Shown piece by piece: positions 56,414-64,000 of a stretch of 64,000 bases of DNA (positions within the stretch are counted from its first letter, which is position 1; each line of letters begins with the position of its first letter). Made by a program: the position numbers and the translations under genes. The stretch comes from a virus. Its lineage: Duplodnaviria > Caudoviricetes. The stretch lies in the IMG/VR virus record IMGVR_UViG_3300018080_003823, positions 1,805 through 65,804 of that record. One strand, 5' to 3'. The notes under the pieces are model-generated. The model did not search any database, was not told the origin of the DNA, and saw only the letters and a list, made by a program, of their open reading frames with translations.

Positions 56414-57424
56414 TCAGAATTCTGATTCATCAATTCTGTACCACTTTATATATGGTTTTCGAGCATTCCCAGTAATATAATTTACAATGAATATGGAATC
56501 ATCTGGTAATTGTACCCATCCTGTATAACCTGAATCTGAACGAGAACTATTATCATGATCCAGAGGCAAAATAATTGATTTATCAAAATTACTTATAAAA
56601 GAATCAGGGCTAGTCAAACAAGCAAAAGTGTTTTTAGCCCAATATCCTCGAAAAAATGAATGTGATGCTTCTCGATATGTTGTAAGTAAACGCCCAGAAC
56701 GTAATATACCACAAACAGGACGATGACAACCAGCCATACGAGTTTCTATAACAGGAGACCAGCTAACACCATCTTTTGAAGTACAATAATATGCGGGTCT
56801 CCCTATTCCAGAATTTTCTCGCATTACACAAAATAAACGGGGTTTATGATAAAAAATAGAGCCTTCACAAAAATTAAATCCTGACTTGTGTGCAACTGGA
56901 TGTTGTTGCCATGGACCTTCTAGGCTGTTACTAATCCAGACATTTTGAGTTAAATTTTCTTGATAAGGCTCATCTAATGAACGCCTTCTGGTATGAGTAG
57001 CAATAAGAAACTTATTGTGAAATTGAAAGATTCTATCAGGAACTATTCCTGAAATTCCTAGATCTATTGGTTCTTCCCAAGTCTCTCCGTCTGTAGAACG
57101 CCATAGGAGGACGCTGGTGCGCTCTGGGGTATCTTCTGCTCCAATGTAGTCTTCTGAAGCCTCTACACGGTCACACAGGACGCACAGGGTATCTTCTATG
57201 ACCATAATGCGGGGACAATTGTAGCGATCTTGACTGGTAGATATTGTTATTGGATCTAGAAATGTTTCAGCATCTTTGGATTGAGCAAGTTTAATTTTAG
57301 TTTCACTAGCTGTTTTATGTTGGTCTGATTCTCTGTAAACTACAAACAATTTTCCATTGAAAAATGCTATATCAGGATGACCTTGCCAAATTCCATCGTC
57401 TCGATTAACTATTCCTTTTTGCAT
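56414..57424 (-). CDS. BNR/Asp-box beta-propeller (sialidase-like) protein
   Basis: Asp boxes SKDAETF, STDGETW and SKDGVSW; DSGYTGWVQL. Confidence 0.8.
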   Translation of the reverse strand: MQKGIVNRDDGIWQGHPDIAFFNGKLFVVYRESDQHKTASETKIKLAQSKDAETFLDPITISTSQDRYNCPRIMVIEDTLCVLCDRVEASEDYIGAEDTPERTSVLLWRSTDGETWEEPIDLGISGIVPDRIFQFHNKFLIATHTRRRSLDEPYQENLTQNVWISNSLEGPWQQHPVAHKSGFNFCEGSIFYHKPRLFCVMRENSGIGRPAYYCTSKDGVSWSPVIETRMAGCHRPVCGILRSGRLLTTYREASHSFFRGYWAKNTFACLTSPDSFISNFDKSIILPLDHDNSSRSDSGYTGWVQLPDDSIFIVNYITGNARKPYIKWYRIDESEF

Positions 57425-57430
57425 GCATTA

Positions 57431-58066
57431 TTATACACATTTTTTGAAATATGTTTCTACTACGCCCATGTTAGTAACTTGACTGTCTTCAACAGAATTC
57501 CAAATTATTTCTAATTTTTCACAATGAGCAAAATCATCAGCAACTATGGTCTTTCGTCCAAATCGTTTTTTGCTTTCGACTAATCCTGGGTGACAAAAAT
57601 CAATTAATTCTGTACAACTAAATCTATCTGTATTGTTGAAATCAAATCCAAAATCATATGGACTTCCAACTACTTCTAAAGCTTTTTTGATCGCATCTAA
57701 TTGTCCTTCGGGTGGACGCAATATGATAAGATGATCTGTTCGTATAAAATTAAGAAAATCTTCTTGTAATACTCCATCACTTACAGCATGGACTACTTGT
57801 TCTGGCTGTCCGTTTATGTTCCCGACATACAATCCAGCGTGATTCCAGAATCCTGGAAAAAGATATGAACTTAAATATCCATCAAATCTACGTAGAAGGA
57901 TATCTCCTGGTTGCATTATCTTAATTATTTTTCGATAATGTTCTCCTTTTAATCTATATCCTACGGCATTAATTGTAAACCAGAATGGATGTGCGATTCC
58001 TCCCCATTTAATATCCCCGATAAATCGGAAAATGGCTTTTTGAAATCTATATAGATATTTATTCAT
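57431..58066 (-). CDS. permuted papain-like NlpC/P60 (YiiX/YebB-like) protein
   Basis: QPGDILL..WNHAGLY..PYDFGF..FSCTEL. Confidence 0.8.
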   Translation of the reverse strand: MNKYLYRFQKAIFRFIGDIKWGGIAHPFWFTINAVGYRLKGEHYRKIIKIMQPGDILLRRFDGYLSSYLFPGFWNHAGLYVGNINGQPEQVVHAVSDGVLQEDFLNFIRTDHLIILRPPEGQLDAIKKALEVVGSPYDFGFDFNNTDRFSCTELIDFCHPGLVESKKRFGRKTIVADDFAHCEKLEIIWNSVEDSQVTNMGVVETYFKKCV

Positions 58067-58163
58067 GGACTGGAATACGCTTTTAAAGGATAATTATCCT
58101 TCCGGATTACATACAATTGCGGTATAATGTACCATCATCTTGAACTTGAATATGGAGATTATT

Positions 58164-60251
58164 ATGCGATTTCATATACCAGGATTGCCTCATACAGTAA
58201 CCAACAAAAAGTTTTGTCATTGCGCGTTTACTCAAAAAGTTTATAAATTATGTGATATGCTTCATTCTTTAGGGCATGATATTATTCACTATGGATGTGA
58301 AGGTAGTGATCCGGTATGCACTGAACATATTGATGTTATCACCGATGATTTTCGTAAACAATATTATCCAGATGAATGGCATGATAAACAATGGGACTAT
58401 GATGTTAAAGATGAATGCCATAAACAATATTTCAATAAAACTATTACTGAGATAAAGAAAAGAAGAACAGATGACGATTTTCTTCTGTGTAGTTGGGGAT
58501 GGGGGCACCAACCGATAGCTTCTGCTCTAAGTGATTCTATAATGGTTGTGGAACCCGGAATTGGGTACAAAGACACTTTTTGTAGTTTTAGAGTTTTCGA
58601 ATCATATAATTGGATGTCTCATGTCTATGGTCAAGGTCAAATGGATTCTAAAACAGGCAAACGAGTAGCCCAGGAAAATGGGCGTTTTTTTGATGCTGTA
58701 ATTCCCAATTACTTTGATCCTGATGATTTCGATTATACCCCTAATGACAAAGAAGATTATTTCTTGTTTTTAGGGCGTATTGTTAAGCGAAAAGGAATAC
58801 ATGTAGCTGTTGATGTTATGACTCGAATTGGTGGGCATCTTAAAGTGGCAGGTCAAGGTCAATTTAACAAAATGCCTTCACGGTGTGGAGAAATTATAGA
58901 ACATATAGGATTTGTAAATGTAGAGCAACGAAGACAATTGTTAGCTAAAGCCAAAGCTGTTATTATGCCTACGCTTTATATAGAACCATTTGGAGGCGTT
59001 GCGGTTGAAGCCATGATGAGTGGAACTCCAGTCATATCAACAGATTGGGGAGTATTTCCGGAAACTGTCTTGCATGGGCTTACAGGTTATCGATGTAGGA
59101 CACTAGAGCAATTTGAATGGGCATGCCGTAATATAGAAAATATATCTCCGGAAACTTGCAGAACATGGGCTATGAATAATTTTGCCATGGATCGTGTGGC
59201 TAAAATGTATCAGGAATATTTTGAATTCCTTTCTTATACCAAAGAAAAAGCAGGTTGGTATAAGATGAATCGTCAGCGTAGTGAAATGAGCTGGCTAGAC
59301 AAGCAATATCCACAAGCATCTCCAAAGTCTGAGTCTCTACACACAGAACCGGTTTTATCAGAAACCAGAAATATTCTTCCGTTAGAAAATGAGCCTGATT
59401 ACGAATTAGATCTTAGTTGGTATGACAAGCAAAGAAAACCTGGTATATCATTCTTAATGAGAGCAAAAAATGAAGAGAGAACTATTGGAATGGCTCTAGA
59501 TTCTTTGAGTCAATTAACAATTCCATATGAAATAAATTTAGTTCTTAATAATTGCGAAGACAAAACCCGTGATATTGTACAGGACAGAATAGATAAAGGT
59601 TATCCGATTAATTTATATGATTATCCATTTCAATTAGGCAAAACCGGCATTGAGAATCAATGCACTCCTGTAAATAGTGTGCATTCTACTATCTGGTTGT
59701 TAAATTGGATGCTTTTAAAAGCTAATTATGAATATACTTTTAGATGGGATTCGGACTTCATGATGACTTCTGCTTTGGCAGAAGAAATCGAAGAGAAAGT
59801 TATTCAAGATTCTGAAGCAGATATTTTCAATATTTCGGCAATATTCTCGGATTCAGGCAAAGCCAATAAAGAGCCATATCTCTGGTCTAATTCCCTAAAA
59901 CCTCGTTATTGCCGTTATTCACTATGGCATTTGACGAAATTCGGAGTCCAAGGACCACGAATATCTTCGCTAGATGGTGCAATAATTCACGATAGCCCGT
60001 TATCTCATGTGAAGAGCTATTGGGATACTGATCCATGGTGGGAATCTGAGCACAGAGAAGAAACAGAAGAAATGATTCAAATGTGCAAGGAAAAGTATGC
60101 AAAATTAATAGAAGTAGCAGGTGATTCTAGTCCTCGCGGTAGAGCATCGTGTCCTGAATCAGAAGAATTAGCCAAAAAAATTCAAAAAGCTTTAGGAGGT
60201 GTTGATGTCGAAGAAATCATTCCCCTTAAGGAACATACATTAATGATTTGA
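58164..60251 (+). CDS. glycosyltransferase fusion (GT4-like N-terminal plus GT2-like C-terminal)
   Basis: [36 protein letters not shown]; then [16 protein letters not shown]. Confidence 0.85.
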   Translation: MRFHIPGLPHTVTNKKFCHCAFTQKVYKLCDMLHSLGHDIIHYGCEGSDPVCTEHIDVITDDFRKQYYPDEWHDKQWDYDVKDECHKQYFNKTITEIKKRRTDDDFLLCSWGWGHQPIASALSDSIMVVEPGIGYKDTFCSFRVFESYNWMSHVYGQGQMDSKTGKRVAQENGRFFDAVIPNYFDPDDFDYTPNDKEDYFLFLGRIVKRKGIHVAVDVMTRIGGHLKVAGQGQFNKMPSRCGEIIEHIGFVNVEQRRQLLAKAKAVIMPTLYIEPFGGVAVEAMMSGTPVISTDWGVFPETVLHGLTGYRCRTLEQFEWACRNIENISPETCRTWAMNNFAMDRVAKMYQEYFEFLSYTKEKAGWYKMNRQRSEMSWLDKQYPQASPKSESLHTEPVLSETRNILPLENEPDYELDLSWYDKQRKPGISFLMRAKNEERTIGMALDSLSQLTIPYEINLVLNNCEDKTRDIVQDRIDKGYPINLYDYPFQLGKTGIENQCTPVNSVHSTIWLLNWMLLKANYEYTFRWDSDFMMTSALAEEIEEKVIQDSEADIFNISAIFSDSGKANKEPYLWSNSLKPRYCRYSLWHLTKFGVQGPRISSLDGAIIHDSPLSHVKSYWDTDPWWESEHREETEEMIQMCKEKYAKLIEVAGDSSPRGRASCPESEELAKKIQKALGGVDVEEIIPLKEHTLMI

Positions 60252-60294
60252 GTTTAAAAAGAGGAAAAAGGGAGTCGAATCTCACATTATTTGT

Positions 60295-62895
60295 ATGGCC
60301 ACGACCGTTGATCATAATTATGGTGTCGAAATTCAAGCTGGTATTCCACCAATGCTGGCGGTACCTATATCTGGTACTGTTAGTATTCAAATTTTCAATA
60401 CTAGCAACGAAATTGTAGGAGAAACCACATCAACTCCTCAAGGAATATGGCGTCAATCATTTCAATTAGAAGATGGATCTTATATCGTCAAATTTAGTGG
60501 TAGATTCCGTCCTATTGGAATTGGATTTCATTCATCATTTACCAAAACTGTACCTTCAGTAACATTAAATATAGCAGTACCTTTATCATCTGATTTTGAT
60601 CCAGAAATACCGTCTACTACAGGTAAAACTGGAGCAACAGGACCAGAAGGACCTATGGGATTAATTGGTCCAGCTGGACCGGCAGGTTCTGACGGGTTGC
60701 CAGGTCCTATTGGAGCCACAGGACCGGAAGGTCCTATGGGACTAACAGGAGCTGATGGGTCTTCTGGATCTCCCGGTGTTCAGGGTATACAAGGACCTGC
60801 GGGACCACAAGGCAGCCAGGGAAATCAAGGGGCCGCAGGGCCTCAAGGGCCTATAGGTCCTCAAGGATTACAGGGTCCAGTAGGAGCTACTGGACCTGTG
60901 GGGCCAGCAGGAGCAGATGGATCTGGCACAGGAGCAACTGGAGCTGGAGCTACAGGACCACAAGGAGAAATAGGAGCTACTGGACCTGCAGGAGCAGATG
61001 GAGCAATTGGAGCTACTGGCCCTGCAGGAGCAGATGGAGCAATTGGAGCTACTGGCCCTGCAGGAGCAGATGGAGCAATTGGAGCTACTGGCCCTGCAGG
61101 AGCAGATGGAGCAGTTGGTGCCACAGGTCCTGTAGGTGATGCAGGTGACCTTGAACTTGGCACTCCTACTGATGGTAGCTGGGCCGATGGATTGTTTTCT
61201 TCATGGACTAGCTCTACATGGACTAATGATGCTATAGATGATATAAATGAAGTATTAAGCAGTTTGGCTCCTTCTCCAGCTCCAGATCTAGATGATGTAG
61301 ATGTAGATACTAATGGAGAGAATGGAAAACTCTCTTTTGATGGCTCTAATCCAATTGCAGAAGATACTTATTATGCTGTTACAGGTATTGGTTCTCGTCC
61401 TGCAGTAACTGTAGATAATGCCTTTAATGATAGTGGAGATCGAGCAGGTATTATAGGTTTAAACACTGATGTTACTGGAACTCTCAATGAAGATGTAGAT
61501 GAAGGAGCTGGGAGTCCTACTGCGGCTTATCCTGCTAATGCTTTTGGAGATGCAGATCAGGGTAATTTAATATTAGAGCTTAATGGAGTCACCGAGCGTA
61601 CTATAGATCTTTCTACTGCTGGAGCAGTAGATGATGGTTCTGCTACAACTGGATTTGATATCTCTGATCATTCATCTGTTAGTTTTCCTAATGGTGATCC
61701 GTTTACTCAATTCCAATACAGAACTGGATCTTGGAGAGTAGATAGCTCTGATATGAGATTAGGGTGGAATTATGTTAGAATCCGTCATGAGAAAACTGCT
61801 GGAGTTTTTACTGATACAAATTATGTAGATTGGGTAGTAGATGGTAATGCAGCTGCTACTACATTCTCAGGAGAAACACTAGATAATTTATCTATGTCAG
61901 GAGCAAGTACTCTCTCAGGAGTAACTTATCACACTTCTGGAGATGCTGATTATGATGTAGTAATAGACAATGGACAAAGAAACACTTATATAGAAACAAA
62001 TGCTATAACTTTTTCTACAACTAGGTGCAGCGTATCTTCTTTGAGCTTTTCTGCTACAGGAGGCAACGAGTTAGCCACTACTACTATTACCAATAGAACT
62101 GTAACAGTTAGTACGGGTAGAATTTTAAACCAAACCATTGAAGTTCAAACCTCAGTTGATCGTACTACAAATAGCACCTTAAGTAGCACTAATAAAACTA
62201 TTAGTGGACTTTTAGTAGACACATATATTAGTGGAGCTAGTGGGCAAGATAATAATAGTGAAAGCTTCAATGCTGAAGGTTACCGTCAAACTTCTGATAT
62301 CTCTTTAACAGATACTGGATTTGGTAGCGGACCAGGTAACGGAACTGCTGATTGGACCAGTTCAACTAGCATAACAACTGGAGGGGCAGGATATAATGAC
62401 GGTCTATTACAATATAATGGTAGACTGTACTATCCAACCAATGGGGCTAACGGTGGTAATTTTGGAGGAATAACTAATGGCCCTGCAGGAAATCCAGATT
62501 ACTCATCTGCTTCAGGTGACAGAGTTTATTTAAGATATTTTTATGATAGCTCTCCTAGACAAAACTTTGTATTTAATATAAGTGTATCAAGTACCACTTT
62601 TGTATCTGTTGCCACAGGTCCTAGTGGTAATAATGTTACAGCTGAGATATTAGCTCCTAATACTACTCAAGATGGAGTAGGAACTATAGAGTGGAAGGAC
62701 ATGGTGACATCTTATACTGATGATGACAGCATTGGCGCTTACAATGCTAGTGGAGGAGCTACCATTCCAACCGATTGGGGTGTAACATTGGGTACTAGAT
62801 CAACCAGTACATCTGGGTATGTTATAGTAGTTCGAATTACTGCTTCCTCAAGCTGGTCCGGGTATATAAACAGCATAGAGGTTTCTTTCTCTTAG
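60295..62895 (+). CDS. collagen-repeat fibre/structural protein
   Basis: Gly-X-Y tract at ~60620-61150 followed by a Ser/Thr/Gly-rich beta region. Confidence 0.8.
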   Translation: MATTVDHNYGVEIQAGIPPMLAVPISGTVSIQIFNTSNEIVGETTSTPQGIWRQSFQLEDGSYIVKFSGRFRPIGIGFHSSFTKTVPSVTLNIAVPLSSDFDPEIPSTTGKTGATGPEGPMGLIGPAGPAGSDGLPGPIGATGPEGPMGLTGADGSSGSPGVQGIQGPAGPQGSQGNQGAAGPQGPIGPQGLQGPVGATGPVGPAGADGSGTGATGAGATGPQGEIGATGPAGADGAIGATGPAGADGAIGATGPAGADGAIGATGPAGADGAVGATGPVGDAGDLELGTPTDGSWADGLFSSWTSSTWTNDAIDDINEVLSSLAPSPAPDLDDVDVDTNGENGKLSFDGSNPIAEDTYYAVTGIGSRPAVTVDNAFNDSGDRAGIIGLNTDVTGTLNEDVDEGAGSPTAAYPANAFGDADQGNLILELNGVTERTIDLSTAGAVDDGSATTGFDISDHSSVSFPNGDPFTQFQYRTGSWRVDSSDMRLGWNYVRIRHEKTAGVFTDTNYVDWVVDGNAAATTFSGETLDNLSMSGASTLSGVTYHTSGDADYDVVIDNGQRNTYIETNAITFSTTRCSVSSLSFSATGGNELATTTITNRTVTVSTGRILNQTIEVQTSVDRTTNSTLSSTNKTISGLLVDTYISGASGQDNNSESFNAEGYRQTSDISLTDTGFGSGPGNGTADWTSSTSITTGGAGYNDGLLQYNGRLYYPTNGANGGNFGGITNGPAGNPDYSSASGDRVYLRYFYDSSPRQNFVFNISVSSTTFVSVATGPSGNNVTAEILAPNTTQDGVGTIEWKDMVTSYTDDDSIGAYNASGGATIPTDWGVTLGTRSTSTSGYVIVVRITASSSWSGYINSIEVSFS
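60973..61130 (+). repeat. 36-bp tandem repeat ([12 protein letters not shown], ~4 copies)
   Basis: Units of ggagctactgg(a/c)cctgcaggagcagatggagcaatt. Confidence 0.85.
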
Positions 62896-62904
62896 GATTA
62901 ATTC

Positions 62905-64000
62905 ATGGCTTTTACAACAGAATCATTAGCAAAAGCAGCATTCAAGCGTATGCTTGGATTATCTCATACTGCTAATGCTGCAGAGCCAGGAAACGAAGGT
63001 AAACCTTCTAGATATACTATACATGCAGATAACATATTTGCAGAAGAGATTCCGTTAACAGCTGGAGCTGTATCTGGAAGAATTTTAGATTGTACTAATT
63101 CTACACCAGGACAACCTAATAGTGAATTAGTCTTACATTTATTTAGTGCTTCAGGTGGTAAGGCTTATTTTGTTCAAATTCCTAGTGGTCATGATTTACT
63201 CAATTATATAAATCCTTTAACCGGGGTTAACTATACTCAGCAATCTGGCACGCCGAGTGATGATGATGATAGGGCGCAGTTTATTATTCCTAAATCGTTT
63301 GGATCTACTTGGCGTCCTATTTTGTATGATAATGGAGATGAAGTAGCTCCTTCCGCCGCGAATGACTGGTTTTTAGATGAGAACGCTGGTGTAATTACTG
63401 CAGAAACAGATTTAAGTTTAGGTTCTACAGGTACTTTATCTTGCTATGTCTATGTTGGAGATATGGTAGGAGATATTCTAAAGAAGAATAACTTCATTGG
63501 AGCTACAGGACCCACTGCTGCAGATGATAATGAAAGTGGTTATTCTGTGGGATCGTTTTGGGTTGATACTGTACTCGATGAAGCTTTCATATGTGTGGAT
63601 GATGCCACAGGAGTAGCTGTTTGGTCTCAAATAGATGGAGGGGGAGAAGGAACAGTTGGAGCTACGGGTCCTGCTGGATCAGATGGAGCAGTAGGAGCTA
63701 CAGGCCCTGCAGGAGCGGATGGAGCAGTAGGAGCTACAGGCCCTCAAGGAGAGCAAGGAGAGCAAGGAACAGTAGGAGCTACAGGCCCTCAAGGAGAGCA
63801 AGGAGAGCAAGGAACAGTAGGAGCTACAGGCCCTCAAGGAGAGCAAGGAGAGCAAGGAGAGCAAGGAGAGCAAGGAGAGCAAGGAACAGTAGGAGCGACA
63901 GGCCCTCAAGGAGAGCAAGGAGAGCAAGGAGAGCAAGGAACAGTAGGAGCTACAGGCCCTCAAGGAGAGCAAGGAGAGCAAGGAACAGTAGGAGCTACAG
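62905..64000 (+). CDS. collagen-repeat fibre/structural protein, 3'-partial (not in ORF track)
   Basis: ATG at 62905 ([14 protein letters not shown]...) is open to the window end; [12 protein letters not shown] motif followed by Gly-X-Y repeats. Confidence 0.85.
   Translation, partial: MAFTTESLAKAAFKRMLGLSHTANAAEPGNEGKPSRYTIHADNIFAEEIPLTAGAVSGRILDCTNSTPGQPNSELVLHLFSASGGKAYFVQIPSGHDLLNYINPLTGVNYTQQSGTPSDDDDRAQFIIPKSFGSTWRPILYDNGDEVAPSAANDWFLDENAGVITAETDLSLGSTGTLSCYVYVGDMVGDILKKNNFIGATGPTAADDNESGYSVGSFWVDTVLDEAFICVDDATGVAVWSQIDGGGEGTVGATGPAGSDGAVGATGPAGADGAVGATGPQGEQGEQGTVGATGPQGEQGEQGTVGATGPQGEQGEQGEQGEQGEQGTVGATGPQGEQGEQGEQGTVGATGPQGEQGEQGTVGAT
63730..64000 (+). repeat. nested tandem repeats: GTVGATGPQ unit plus a variable number of 9-bp GEQ units
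   Basis: acagtaggagctacaggccctcaagga interleaved with (gagcaagga)n, n=2,2,5,3,2. Confidence 0.85.

Noticed and set aside
63679-63981. Minus-strand repetitive ORF and CRISPR-like periodicity
   Set aside because: It is the antisense of collagen codon repeats. Units are multiples of 3 with no unique spacers, and there are no cas genes.
1-64000. Genome-wide TAG reassignment (alternative genetic code)
   Set aside because: Coding density is high under code 11, very long ORFs have no internal TAG, and several genes end properly at TAG. Only the pth2-like gene is TAG-interrupted.

Overview
AT-rich segment of a large tailed dsDNA bacteriophage (bacterial-type AGGAG ribosome-binding sites, sigma70-like promoters, intrinsic terminators; standard code with TAG used as an ordinary stop). 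Positions 1-35 kb are a head-morphogenesis module. It contains the large terminase (1 intein), ~15 probable inner-head proteins sharing short K-x-A and other motifs, the portal (3 inteins plus a C-terminal DUF559-like nuclease domain), the prohead protease (1 intein), a 1676-aa scaffold-like protein, a decoration protein and a major capsid gene split by a group I intron carrying a LAGLIDADG endonuclease. The capsid exon 1 is missing from the ORF track, and its 5' splice site appears non-canonical. Positions 35-64 kb hold homing endonucleases, an IsrB/IscB remnant, small accessory genes, metK, NUDIX, nitrilase-fold, BNR, papain-like and glycosyltransferase genes, and collagen-repeat fibre genes. 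The most striking element is invisible in the ORF track: a consensus promoter followed by an amber-suppressor tRNA (anticodon CUA, 53771-53844) and, directly after it, a peptidyl-tRNA hydrolase (Pth2-like) gene containing two in-frame TAG codons. This suggests a self-contained stop-codon read-through switch in a non-recoded genome. A candidate -1 frameshift (A10 run at 16273) and two apparently catalytically dead enzymes were also seen. All family assignments come from motif recognition by eye; no searches were run.
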